A DNA stretch of 64,000 nt from Halobacteriales archaeon SW_7_65_23. Lineage in GTDB: Archaea; Halobacteriota; Halobacteria; Halobacteriales; Haloarculaceae. The DNA is taken from NCBI GenBank assembly GCA_003022725.1, contig PXSQ01000028.1, forward strand, positions 5,123 to 69,122, given 5' to 3'. Positions 20,152-29,977 of the stretch are shown one piece after another. The translations under genes were made by a program, and so were the position numbers. Below the pieces are notes generated by a model. That model did no database searches. It saw only the letters and a program-made list of their open reading frames with translations, and was not told where the DNA came from. Within the stretch, counting starts at the first letter, position 1; each line of letters starts with the position of its first letter.

Positions 20152-21571
20152 TCACGCGATGATCTCGACACCAGTAATCTCGAAGCGCGCACCGCCAGCC
20201 CCGCTCTCGGTCGCAGCGACGTCCCAGCCGTGGGCTTCGGCGAGGTCCCGGACGATCGTCAGGCCGAACCCGGTGCCGTCCGGTTCCGTCGAGACGCCGG
20301 GCTCGAACAGGTCGTCGTGATCCGCGGGGAGGCCGGCACCGTCGTCAGCGACGAAAAAGCCCGCGGGGTGGTCCCCATCACCGTCCCAGCCCCGTTCACT
20401 GTCCCCGTCGTCGTCCCCACCGTCGACGGTGCCGACAGTGACCGTTACCGACTCGCCGCCGTGTTCGATCGCATCCTGGCGAGCCTGCGAGCCAGGGTTC
20501 GTCGAGCCATGCCCGACGGCGTCCTTGGGAGCTTGCGAGCCAGGGCTCCGAGGTCGGTGTCGCCGGTCGGGACGCCCTCCCACCACCGGCGTGCGACCAT
20601 CGGGAGGTTGACGACCTCCGTCTCCTCGACAGTCTCGCCCTGCCTGGCGAGCGTCAGCGTGCTGTCGATGATCGCCTCGATCCGGTCGTGGGCGTTGGCG
20701 ATGTACTCGAGGTGGTCGCTGTCGCAGTTGTCCCGGGCGAGCGTGAGGCGCGAACTGGCGACGTTCAGCGGGTTGCGCAGGTCGTGGGAGACGATACTGA
20801 CGAACTGTTCGAGCCGCTCGTTTTTCCGTTCGAGGGCCCGCTCGCGGCGCTTGCGCTCGTGGATGTCCGTGAACACGGCGAACCCGTCGATCCCCTCCTC
20901 CAGGGAGAGCGGGATGTTCCGCAGCGAGAAGTAGCGCTGGCCGTCGGCAGTCTGTCGCAACATTACCCTGTCGACGGGCTTACCGGCGCGGACCCGCTCG
21001 TCGATCTCCTCCGCCTCCGTCATCTGGTCCGGCGGCACGACGAGATTGTCGACCCGCGTCCCGACCGCATACTCGGCGTCGTAGCCGAACGTCTCCTCGA
21101 ACGCGTCGTTGATCTCCCGGATGATCGGCTCGTTGTCGACGTACTCGTAGGCGAACGTCGGCTCGGGAAACTCCTCGAACAGCGCCGAGAACCGCTCACG
21201 CTCCCGCCGGAGCTGGCGCCGGGAGCGCCGCCTAGTCCGGTGCCGGGTGACGGCGTTCTCGATCCGGTTTGCCAGCACCGCGTACTGGCTCGTCCCCGTC
21301 TCCTTCTGGAGGTAGTCGGTCACAGAATGAACGGCAGGTCGGGATGTTCCTCGCGGACCGCTTCGAGGAACTCGATACCGTCGACAGGCGTCATCTCGTA
21401 GTCTGAGACGACGCAGTCGATCGGCTCCTCGGCCAGCGTGGCGCGAGCCGCCTCGGGCTCCCTGACGGTGATGACGGAGAACGCCTCGTTCTCCCGGCGG
21501 AGAAACTCGGCAGTCAGATCCGCAAACTCCGGGTCGTTGTCGACGTGCAACACCCGTATCGGCTCGAACAT
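20152..21571 (-). pseudogene. REC-PAS-histidine kinase broken by two internal deletions/frameshifts
   Basis: REC ends at LPFIL and resumes as TDYLQK in another frame (~21323); SHDLRNPL H-box; N-box region missing at ~20560; HATPase G-boxes in a further frame. Confidence 0.8.
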
Positions 21572-21871
21572 ACCGAGTGTAGTCGGAGCGACAGTATAAA
21601 TGCTCTCTCCGGAACGGGCGTCACACCGGCGGTTGCACCGAAACGGGATGTCGCCGACCTGCATCGGCGTGAACCCGTGATCGACAGCGACTGGAAGCTG
21701 GCCCGGAGCGTCCCCTCCCCGACCCGGAGCGCCCGCTCGTCGATCTCCCGGCTGGCGGCGGTCCAGGGCCGCGAACAGCGTCTCCTCCAGGGCGTTGAAC
21801 AACGCGCTGTCCCCCGCCGTCACCCCCTCGCGTTCTCCCGGCCTGACGATCGGTGCTGCTCCCACTCCTCA

Positions 21872-21921
21872 TACTGGTGGCTGTAATTCTTTTACTCACC
21901 AGTCTCTGCTATCTGCGGATA
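21872..21921. mobile_element. MITE-like subfamily A, half copy
   Basis: tca + tactggtggctgtaattcttttactcaccagtctctgctatctgcggata, matching the 47206 copy. Confidence 0.8.
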
Positions 21922-21922
21922 A

Positions 21923-22291
21923 TCAGGCCTGCTCCGCCGCAATTCCCCGGTGGATCACGTCTCTGACGGACGGCGGCAGGTCGGCGAGTTCGACGGTCCC
22001 CTCCTCGCGGTCGTACTGCAGTAGCCCGGCGTCGGCGAGACACGGAAGGTGTGAGTGCGTCAGTGCCATGCGGAACTGCTCGTGGCGCTCCGGACCGATC
22101 ATCGGCTCGGTCGCTTCCCACCCACAGAGCACGTTCGCGAGCCCCCAGATCGTGCTTGTTTCCGCTTCGAGTAGATACCCTAACAGTCGGCGTCGCGGAC
22201 GCGCAGCCAGTGCGCGATAGAACTCGTTGTCGGCGAAATATGCGGGGGCGACGACCTCCTCTAGTTCGTCGCTAGACTCTTTCCCCATCAT
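21923..22291 (-). CDS. Haloarchaeal wHTH protein (DUF7344-like)
   Basis: ALAARPRRRLLGYL...LTHSHLPCLADAGLLQYD. Confidence 0.75.
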   Translation of the reverse strand: MMGKESSDELEEVVAPAYFADNEFYRALAARPRRRLLGYLLEAETSTIWGLANVLCGWEATEPMIGPERHEQFRMALTHSHLPCLADAGLLQYDREEGTVELADLPPSVRDVIHRGIAAEQA

Positions 22292-22469
22292 AGCGACCTG
22301 AAAAAGAACACCGAATAACTTAAGGCTGTTTGTCACAAGCGGACCAGAAATTTACGGCTAAATATTTTTCAACACAGCCTGCATACAGAGTGTATGGCCG
22401 GTCTCGACGCGGCCGCGTGGACCGTCCCGCTCGATCGCGAACAACGGCGCGCCGGCAGCAGCAAGGACG

Positions 22470-22769
22470 CTAGTCTTCCCGCATCGCGGAGAGCGCTTCC
22501 TCGGGGGCGCCGCAGGCGGGACACTCATCGGGGATACCCTCTTTGAGTTCGCCCATCTCGCCGCACTCGCCACACCGCCACATCAGGTAGCCTTCGCCGA
22601 ACTTCTGGCCGGGGAGTTCCTCGATGTTCTCCCCTTCGGGCTCGACCATCTCGATCTCGAACCCACTCTGCGTTATCGCGTTCACCTGACCGACGAGCTG
22701 CCCGTTCTCGTTGAACACGTACTCGCCGGGCTCGACCAGCTCGTCGGGGCTGCTGTTGTCGTGGTCCAT
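22470..22769 (-). CDS. Rubredoxin-like small protein (CxxC...CPxC)
   Basis: FGEGYLMWRCGECGEMG...PDECPACGAPEE. Confidence 0.8.
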   Translation of the reverse strand: MDHDNSSPDELVEPGEYVFNENGQLVGQVNAITQSGFEIEMVEPEGENIEELPGQKFGEGYLMWRCGECGEMGELKEGIPDECPACGAPEEALSAMRED

Positions 22770-22841
22770 ATGTGGTGTTCGGTCGCCGTGATTGTGAACC
22801 TGTCGGGGGCTGTGGTCGTCCCGGCGACAGGTCGGCACTCA

Positions 22842-23000
22842 TACTGATACTGGTATCTGCGGAGACAGACCCGTTCCGCCCGGATTCTCAGTTCGAGGTT
22901 TCACGTACGTACAGCCACCAGTATGAGTGTTGTGCGTCAGTACCGATTCGGCCACACGACTGTGTGCGGGCGATCCGGTACACAGTCACACTAATCAGTA
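22842..23000. mobile_element. Nested MITEs: internally deleted subfamily A copy (22848-22923) inserted in the left TIR of an 80-bp element
   Basis: tca[tac tga{tactgg..ccagta}tga gtgttgtg...tcacactaatcagta]tca; removing the inner copy and one tga leaves exactly 80 bp. Confidence 0.8.
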
Positions 23001-23536
23001 TCACGCCCATCGTCGGACAGCGTCCAGACGTCGACGTCATCGCCGGTTTGGGCGTCCCGCTCGCTCGCGGCCGCGACTGCTGTGCGCACCGCCGCAGCGA
23101 GCTCGTCGACGTCCGACGGCGCGGCCGAGTCGAGCCGGCCAAGCGCCACCGTCGCGCCGCTGCCGAGGGCGACCCTCGGGCCGTCGAGCACCGCGCCGTC
23201 GGCCCGCACTTCCCGGAGCCGGGGCGTGCCGTCCGCGTCGCGCGCGGCCACGGCGGCGTCGACGTTTGCGTGCTCCGCCTGGTGGGCGCCGACTCCTGCC
23301 GCGGTCTCGATGGTCGGCTCCCGGCCGGTTTCGAACTCCCGCGAGCGGAGCGTGGCGCCGAACCGGTGCTGGAACTGCTCGATCGCGCTGCCGTCACCGA
23401 CGACCCCGACGCCGACCGTCCCAAAGTCGAACACCCGCCGGCGTTCCCCGGACTCGACGGTGCCGTTCCTGCTCGACCGGGTGTCCCCGGCGATCGCGAC
23501 CCCACACTCCGTTTCGAGCGCAACGACCGTCCCCAT
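22991..23536 (-). CDS. Proteasome beta-subunit-like Ntn protein lacking catalytic residues
   Basis: GTVVALETECGVAIAGDTR, ALGSGA and RDAQTG motifs; Gly at the Thr1 position, Arg at the Lys33 position. Confidence 0.8.
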   Translation of the reverse strand: MGTVVALETECGVAIAGDTRSSRNGTVESGERRRVFDFGTVGVGVVGDGSAIEQFQHRFGATLRSREFETGREPTIETAAGVGAHQAEHANVDAAVAARDADGTPRLREVRADGAVLDGPRVALGSGATVALGRLDSAAPSDVDELAAAVRTAVAAASERDAQTGDDVDVWTLSDDGRDTD

Positions 23537-23745
23537 GGGGTCGTGTCGTTGCCAGCGCGCACCCCTAACCGCTGGGCTTGCACCTGCAAGGCCGGGCCAT
23601 TAGTTGCTTGTCCCCGGACCGCGCGTTACCCGGCCGCCGGCGGACGCGACGGACCAACCCGGGCGTGCGCCGATGCGGTCATACATTACGGCATGCAATG
23701 GCAAGGCCAACAGCTACCCCCCGCGAGACCTACGGTTCAGGTGCA

Positions 23746-23994
23746 ATGGCAGACGACAAAACACTGACCGACGCCGATCAGGGAAAAGTAGTCAAAAACG
23801 CCGACAGCCACGAGGTCGGCCGGGTGATCGAGGTCAAAAACGGCACGACGCACGTCGAACCGGACCCGGACCTGACCGACACGATCCGCTCGAAACTGGG
23901 CTGGGGCGGCAGCGATCCGGATGACACCTACCGGCTCGACTCGTCGAGCCACATCGACACGATCACCGGCGACGAGATCCGTCTCAACCGATAG
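23746..23994 (+). CDS. PRC-barrel-like small protein
   Basis: GKVVKNADSHEVGRVIEV...DTIRSKLGWG. Confidence 0.75.
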   Translation: MADDKTLTDADQGKVVKNADSHEVGRVIEVKNGTTHVEPDPDLTDTIRSKLGWGGSDPDDTYRLDSSSHIDTITGDEIRLNR

Positions 23995-24008
23995 CGCCGC
24001 CCGCTTTT

Positions 24009-25004
24009 TTAGTGTAGCAGCAGCGGCTCGACAGTGAGCGTCTGCTTCGTCAGCGTCCCGAGCCGCAGGATGTAGGCGGCGAAGACGAAAAACGGCAGGA
24101 CTGCGACGGTGAACGCCCCGCTCACGAGCCAGATCATCGTGTCGATCCCGAACAGGCTGCCGGTGAGCGTGTTCGCGTCGACGAACAGCGCGACGGCGGC
24201 AGAGACGAGCAGCGCGGCGACCGCGGTGTAGATGATCGCCCGCGAGAGCTTGATCAACGACCACTGGATGTACAGCCCGTTGAGGTACGCCCTCGCGGTG
24301 CCGTACATCGCCAGCGCAGTCAGCAGCGCGTCGATCTGCTCGGTCTGCTCGACGGTCAACGAGTTGCCGTGCTCGTGTTTGATCCGGCGCCCGTCGTGTA
24401 TCTTCCGGTTGTAGTCGTAGTCGACCGCCGGCGCGACGACGTCCAGGCTCCCGAACTCGCTGTCCGCGAGCTTGTCGCGCGTCTTGGTTGCGTTGCCCAG
24501 CAGATCGTCGACGTAGGTGTCGATTTTCTCGCGGAGTTCGGGGTCGTTGCTCCCGGCAACTGCCTCCCGGAGTGCCCGCGCGCGCTGCTCGCTCGTCTCG
24601 ATGAGTTCATCGAGGTACGTCGCGGGGTCGGTCGGCGTCGTCTCGCCGAGCAGCTCGTCGGTGTTCTGTCGGAAGTCGGTCCCGACGTCCATCCGGTTGC
24701 GGATCGTGCCCAGCGAGCCGATCTCCTGGGAGAGCACGAGCTGGTTGATCGAGACGACCAGCGTTGCGCTGGTGATAGTCGCCCCGACCAGCCCGGAGAA
24801 CGTTATCGTGACCATGCTGCTCGACTGCATGAGCGGCCGCAGCGGCGCCTGCTTGACCGTGCCGCCGGCGACGAACAGCGCGAACACTACGAGCGCGAAC
24901 CCACCGGCGATCACCCATCGTCTGCCGGTGAGTAGCACCCAGAACGCAGCCCGGTTCACGCCGAGCCGCTTGCGGAGGGTATCGGCCGTCTCGATCTCAC
25001 TCAT
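24009..25004 (-). CDS. Uncharacterised membrane protein, paralogue of 25275-26297
   Basis: WVLLTGRR, VVSINQLVLSQE, PTDPATYL, LSRAIIY, YILRLGT; ~4 TM. Confidence 0.8.
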   Translation of the reverse strand: MSEIETADTLRKRLGVNRAAFWVLLTGRRWVIAGGFALVVFALFVAGGTVKQAPLRPLMQSSSMVTITFSGLVGATITSATLVVSINQLVLSQEIGSLGTIRNRMDVGTDFRQNTDELLGETTPTDPATYLDELIETSEQRARALREAVAGSNDPELREKIDTYVDDLLGNATKTRDKLADSEFGSLDVVAPAVDYDYNRKIHDGRRIKHEHGNSLTVEQTEQIDALLTALAMYGTARAYLNGLYIQWSLIKLSRAIIYTAVAALLVSAAVALFVDANTLTGSLFGIDTMIWLVSGAFTVAVLPFFVFAAYILRLGTLTKQTLTVEPLLLH

Positions 25005-25194
25005 CCGTGACCGGCCGCTTGAACAGCAGCAGTTTCGTCCCGCCGCCGTCGTAGTCGACCGTGCCGGCGAGCTCCCACCCCTCGGCGCCGAGGCGGTTCA
25101 GCTCCGCCTGCGGGTCGCTCGTCTCCCGCATGGTGAGTCCCTTCGGCGGTTCCAGCGTCTCGTACTCCCACTGCTGTGGCTCTCGACTGCGCAT
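24997..25194 (-). CDS. DUF4177-like small protein
   Basis: WEYETL...LNRLGAEGWEL...LFKRP; overlaps the next gene's start. Confidence 0.8.
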   Translation of the reverse strand: MRSREPQQWEYETLEPPKGLTMRETSDPQAELNRLGAEGWELAGTVDYDGGGTKLLLFKRPVTDE

Positions 25195-25274
25195 ACGAGA
25201 GGGTCCGCCGTGACGCTAATAATCCTGGCGAGTGTCAAAATTGTGCCATTTCGCCGCAGTTGCGCCCCGGTCCG

Positions 25275-26297
25275 TCAGCCGCCCAGCGAGAAGGGGCCTG
25301 CGGAGGTGGCGACCCCGGCGACGGTCGCCAGCCGGAGCGTGTAGGCTGTCAGGACGATGTACGGGATCAGCGAGACGGTGAACACTCCGGCGACGAACAG
25401 CAGCAGCGACGGGACGCCGAACACCCAGAAATTCGGGAGGATTCGGGCGTTGATCGCGAGGATAGCCGCGGCGTTGATCAGGATGGCCGGCAGCGAGACG
25501 AACAGCAGCGTCCGCGAGAGTTCGGACACTTCCTGGTTGTAATACAGCGTCTTGAAGTACTCCTTGCCAATGGCGAACAGCTGCAGCGAGCGGGCGAGGT
25601 CGTCCAGGCACTCCTCGGTCTCCTCGGTGAGCACGCTGTTGTAGGTCAGCTTGATCGAGCGCGAGCGGTCCAAGTGCTCGCCGGGGTCGGTTTCGAGGCC
25701 GTTCCACAGGATGCCGAAGTCGGCGCCAGCACCCGGTTCCGGGCCGTTGTTCTCCGACCAGCTGACGGCGGTCCTAACCTCGCGCACGTAGTTTTCGACC
25801 TCGGTGGTAAACTCCCTGTCGAGGCCTTCCGTAGTCTCATCGAGCGCTGCTGCCTGTTTCTCGATCGCGTCCCCCATCAGCGCGAGGAACGACGCGGGGT
25901 CGCTCGGCCTCTCGTTGCCCTCGGTCAGCCGACCGATCTCCTTGCGGAACTCCAGTGCGGCTTCGAGGCGGTCCTCCTGCGTATGTACGGAGGTGATGTC
26001 GTGCGAGAGGACGATCGAGTTGATCGAGACGACAACCGAGACGAGCAGGATGATGCCGCTCAAAAGCGTGTTGAGGATCGTCTGGATCGCCGGCGTCTCC
26101 GTGAGAATGCGCTGCATTTGGAGCGTCCAGACCATCCCGAGCGCTACCAGCGATACGAACACGCCGCTGATCAGGGCGCCAGTGACTGCCATCCGGTTTC
26201 CCTCCAGCAGGATCCAGCGGATCGGATCGACCTCCCCATTGATTTTCGGCACCGGAAACCAGTCGCGCCACTGCTGGAGGTCGTCGACGATGCTCAT
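25275..26297 (-). CDS. Uncharacterised membrane protein, paralogue of 24009-25004
   Basis: WILLEGNR, VVSINSIVLSHD, PSDPASFL, LSRTLLF, YTLRLAT. Confidence 0.8.
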   Translation of the reverse strand: MSIVDDLQQWRDWFPVPKINGEVDPIRWILLEGNRMAVTGALISGVFVSLVALGMVWTLQMQRILTETPAIQTILNTLLSGIILLVSVVVSINSIVLSHDITSVHTQEDRLEAALEFRKEIGRLTEGNERPSDPASFLALMGDAIEKQAAALDETTEGLDREFTTEVENYVREVRTAVSWSENNGPEPGAGADFGILWNGLETDPGEHLDRSRSIKLTYNSVLTEETEECLDDLARSLQLFAIGKEYFKTLYYNQEVSELSRTLLFVSLPAILINAAAILAINARILPNFWVFGVPSLLLFVAGVFTVSLIPYIVLTAYTLRLATVAGVATSAGPFSLGG

Positions 26298-26650
26298 AGC
26301 GGTAGCTTTCCCATGTGCTGGTCCATGACCGCGATACAAGAGCGTTTCGCCGCCAGCGGATTGAGGCTGGTACGTGATACTCATGGACGGCTGTGGGTCG
26401 GGCCGGTCCGCCCCGCGGACGGCCGCCGGCGGGACGGTATCACTCTTCTACCGCCGCTCCGTCGGTCGTTGTCTTCGCACATTTGGGTCCTTCCGGGGGC
26501 GACGGCTGGCGAACAGTGACGGGATACTGGCCCGCGTCCGCACGTAGGACGAGTATACTTAGCAATACTAACGGCGGGTTTTTTACTGCGAACTCGTGAA
26601 TCGACTACTGCCTGGTACAGCGCCAGCGAGCGTTGACCGACTAGATACAT

Positions 26651-27535
26651 ATGAGACGAAATACCGGAGAGAACCCCGAACAGGGCGGCTCACAGCCGCC
26701 GCGACAGCCACCAGCACAGTTTCCACAACAGCCGCCGGCCCAGCGGGGCCGGCCACAGAGTCGACAGCCGCCGGCGGGTGGCGTCCAGGGCCCCGGCCAG
26801 CCGGGCGGGCAGGGGCCCCAGGGGCCGCCGCCACAGCAACCCCCCGGCCAGGGGCCCCCCCAGCCGCGGGGGCAGTCGCCGCCGAGCGGCCAGCCCACGG
26901 GCGGGATCACCCCGCTACAGGGACAGGGAACCCAAGGTCGCCAGAGCGTGCAGGGACAGGAGCCGCTGCCCCCACAGCCGGGGACGCAGGGACCGCCCCC
27001 GTCCCCGGGGGTACAGTCCGGGATGGCCCAGCGGGGCGGTCCCGGGGTGGGACAGCAGCCCGGGGTGGCCCAGCAGCCAGGACGGCCCGGCACCGCCGGC
27101 CCGTTCCTGGAGTCGGTCAGCATCGACGACATCATCCAGACTGACGTGGTGACGGCACAGCCCGACGCGCCGCTGACTGAGATCGCGGAGCGCCTGGAAT
27201 CCGAGGACGTCGGCGCGGTCGTCCTCGTCGAGGACGAGGAGCCAGCTGGCCTCGTTACCGACCGCAAGATCGCGCTGTCGATCGACGAGTTCGACGACCC
27301 GTCGGAGGCGACCGCCGAGGAGATCGCCACGGACGACCTTGTCACCGGCACGACGACGCTGACGGTGTTCAAGGTCCTCAACCGGATGAACGACGACAAC
27401 ATCCGGCGGCTTCCCGTCGTCGACGAGGACGGGACCCTCGAAGGGATCGTCACGCTCGACGACCTGCTCGTGTTGCTCGCGACCGAACTGGAGAAGGCGG
27501 CGAGCATCATTCAGTCGCAGTCTCCCCGTCTCTGA
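26651..27535 (+). CDS. CBS-pair protein with ~150-aa Q/P/G-rich disordered N-terminus
   Basis: C-terminal VGAVVLVE..GLVTDRKI and IRRLPVVD..GIVTLDDL. Confidence 0.85.
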   Translation: MRRNTGENPEQGGSQPPRQPPAQFPQQPPAQRGRPQSRQPPAGGVQGPGQPGGQGPQGPPPQQPPGQGPPQPRGQSPPSGQPTGGITPLQGQGTQGRQSVQGQEPLPPQPGTQGPPPSPGVQSGMAQRGGPGVGQQPGVAQQPGRPGTAGPFLESVSIDDIIQTDVVTAQPDAPLTEIAERLESEDVGAVVLVEDEEPAGLVTDRKIALSIDEFDDPSEATAEEIATDDLVTGTTTLTVFKVLNRMNDDNIRRLPVVDEDGTLEGIVTLDDLLVLLATELEKAASIIQSQSPRL

Positions 27536-27836
27536 CCGCTGACGCCGGGGATCCGGCCCGCCCGCCGGGACGGTGACACCCAGAGCAGTGGTCGCACCGG
27601 TGCTCGGCCGATGCCGGCGGGTTGCCCGATCCTACTGCGCGGTAAGATCGCTCAAACCGCTGCTTGCTGGCGGTCCCACCCATCGTTTGCCCGCGAGGAA
27701 CCGGGTGGGAGGCTCCCCAGACAATGTTCCCTGTATAGGCAACTCATTACAATACTACCGTGCTGTGTACGACAAAACGGGTGACCAGTGGCATTGTACC
27801 CTTTCGACAGAGGCGTCATCGGCACCCAGTGTTACC

Positions 27837-28736
27837 ATGAGTCACGACCCATCACGACAGTACGACGAGCACGAACGACAGCAACGGGGACAGCATAGCC
27901 AGCGTGGTCAGCAACAGGGCGGATTCGGCCGACAGGGCCAGCAACGGGGCCATCAGCAGCACGGCGGTCGGCAGGGCCAGCAACAGCGCGGACAGGGTCA
28001 ACGAACCCAGCAAGGCCAGCGCCGCCAGCAACAGGGACAACAGGGCCAGCACCGTGGCCAGCAGCAGGGTGGCTTTGGTAAGCAGGGCCAGCGCCGCCAG
28101 CAACAAGGCCAAGACCAGGGTGGATTCGGCCAACAGGGCCAGCACGGCCAGCGTGGTCAGCGCCGCCAGCAGCAGGGCCAGCAACAGGGACAACAGGGTC
28201 AGCACCGTGGCCAGCAGCAGGGTGGCTTCGGTCAGCAGGGCCAGCGTGGTCAGCGCCGCCAGCAGCAGGGCCAGCAACAGCGCGGACAGTACGGCATGGG
28301 CGGCCACCGCGGACGGGGCCAGCAGACCCAGCACGGCCAGCAGGGACAGCAGGGCCAGCACCGTGGCCAGCAGCAGGGTGGCTTCGGCCAGCAGGGCCAG
28401 CGGGGCCAGCAACAGGGCCAGCGTGGTCAGCGCCGCCAGCAGCAGAGTGGGTTCGGTCAGCAGAGCCAGCGCCGCCAGCAGCAGGGCCAGGGCCAGGGTC
28501 GGCAGGGACAGCTGGGCGGCGGTCCCGAGCAGCACTACAGACAGTCGAACTGGTCGAGCGGCCAGCAGGGACAGCACCACCAGCAGAGCCACGGCGCCCA
28601 GCAGGGCAGACAGAGCTACAGCAGCCGGCAGGACGAACGCCAGAGGGGCCAGCAGAAACAGGGAAGTGAGAACGACGGGGGTGGCCAACCTCGGGACCCC
28701 GAAACGGGACAGTTCACCTCGCGTGACGACCGCTGA
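27837..28736 (+). CDS. Gln/Gly/Arg-rich low-complexity repeat protein (299 aa)
   Basis: Repeated QQGQHRGQQQGGFGQQGQR units; CAG/GGC codon pattern; unique C-terminus QPRDPETGQFTSRDDR. Confidence 0.75.
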   Translation: MSHDPSRQYDEHERQQRGQHSQRGQQQGGFGRQGQQRGHQQHGGRQGQQQRGQGQRTQQGQRRQQQGQQGQHRGQQQGGFGKQGQRRQQQGQDQGGFGQQGQHGQRGQRRQQQGQQQGQQGQHRGQQQGGFGQQGQRGQRRQQQGQQQRGQYGMGGHRGRGQQTQHGQQGQQGQHRGQQQGGFGQQGQRGQQQGQRGQRRQQQSGFGQQSQRRQQQGQGQGRQGQLGGGPEQHYRQSNWSSGQQGQHHQQSHGAQQGRQSYSSRQDERQRGQQKQGSENDGGGQPRDPETGQFTSRDDR

Positions 28737-28845
28737 CCCGTCACTCCGGGCAGTCCGAGTGGAGAGCCGTCCAGCGACGACCACTCGTTGACGCCCGGTC
28801 GTTGTACCGCACCAGTAACTATATTCAACGGAGAGAGAACTCACG

Positions 28846-29415
28846 ATGACACAGCAACGACAGTACGCCGCATCGGAACAGGCGAGTCAACCGACCGCGA
28901 TCGGCGGACAGCAGCCGACGGGCGCGACACAGGGCACGCCGCCGGCGGCGACCCAACAGGGGATGCCCACGGGACTCCGGTTCGAGGAAGGGGTCACGAA
29001 CGAGATGCAGATGGCCCTGTTTGACATCACCGAGGCGGTCAAGGTCTGTGAATGGTGTGCCGACCAGTGCCTCGACGAGGGGCCGGGCATGGCGACGTGC
29101 GTCCGGCTCTGTGAGGACGTGACGGAGATCGGTGCGCTCAACCTCGAACTCGGCGCCCGGGACTCGATGTTCAGCCTGGATGCCGCAGAACTGTTCCTCT
29201 CGGCCGCCGAAGCGTGCCGCGACGAGTGTGCCCGCCACAGCCACGCACACTGCCAGGACTGCGCGCAGGTGCTCGACCGCGCGGTGCAGTCGACCCGGCA
29301 GCTGCTCTCCTCGTTCGGCGGTGGCGGGATGGCCGGCGGCCGGACGGGCAGCAGCCAACAGGTGGGTGGGGGCCAGTCGATGGGCGGAATGCAGTCGTCC
29401 GTCGGTCAGTTCTGA
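28846..29415 (+). CDS. Cys-rich four-helix-bundle copper-binding/storage protein (DUF326/Csp-like) with Q-rich tails
   Basis: CEWCADQC, CVRLC, ACRDECARHSHAHCQDCA. Confidence 0.85.
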   Translation: MTQQRQYAASEQASQPTAIGGQQPTGATQGTPPAATQQGMPTGLRFEEGVTNEMQMALFDITEAVKVCEWCADQCLDEGPGMATCVRLCEDVTEIGALNLELGARDSMFSLDAAELFLSAAEACRDECARHSHAHCQDCAQVLDRAVQSTRQLLSSFGGGGMAGGRTGSSQQVGGGQSMGGMQSSVGQF

Positions 29416-29530
29416 CGGGGACGGACAGCGCGGTCGCCCACTCTCTTCTATCGTGTGGCGCAGTCGACGCCGACAGTGAGCGGCGGCGACGGCTACGACC
29501 GTCGGGCAATGACCGGTCCGGAGCCGTCGA

Positions 29531-29977
29531 TTACTGCCCGTCCCCGCAACATTGCGGGTTCGCGACGACCTGATCGGCGCCCCAGAACAGCGAGAAATCA
29601 CGCGGGCTGGGGAGGGCACAGCCGAGCCAGGCGACGGTCGCCGCGACAACCGGGGCAGGTCCGGCCAGCGGATCCGGCAGGACGCCCGCCGGGACTAGGA
29701 GGAACGGCGCTGCGAGCGCCAGCGGCGCGACCGCCGAGAGCCGGAGTGTCCACGCCGACATCCCGGGCGGGATCCGTCGGGGCGTGACCGTTGCCCACGC
29801 GCTCGATACCCCCGCGTTCAGGCTGCCGTCCGCAGCCCGCCCCGGGAACCAGCGGATGTCGTACGGTACGCCGAACGCGTGCAGCACCGCTGCGTGTGTG
29901 AGTTCGTGTGCGACCAGCCCGATACCCAGCGTGGCGAGGAGTGCCAGCCCGGCCCCGACGAGTGCGATCCCCTGCAT
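29531..29977 (-). CDS. Membrane protein with HExxH zincin motif
   Basis: LVAHELTHA, AVAPL, LPSPRDF. Confidence 0.65.
   Translation of the reverse strand: MQGIALVGAGLALLATLGIGLVAHELTHAAVLHAFGVPYDIRWFPGRAADGSLNAGVSSAWATVTPRRIPPGMSAWTLRLSAVAPLALAAPFLLVPAGVLPDPLAGPAPVVAATVAWLGCALPSPRDFSLFWGADQVVANPQCCGDGQ

Noticed and set aside
20455-20545. Tandem GSQAxxDAxxHG repeat in the kinase as a novelty
   Set aside because: Such short duplications after the N-box are common in haloarchaeal histidine kinases
27880-28500. CRISPR array or non-coding tandem repeat
   Set aside because: Repeats are in-frame, variable in length, without unique spacers, and no cas genes are present
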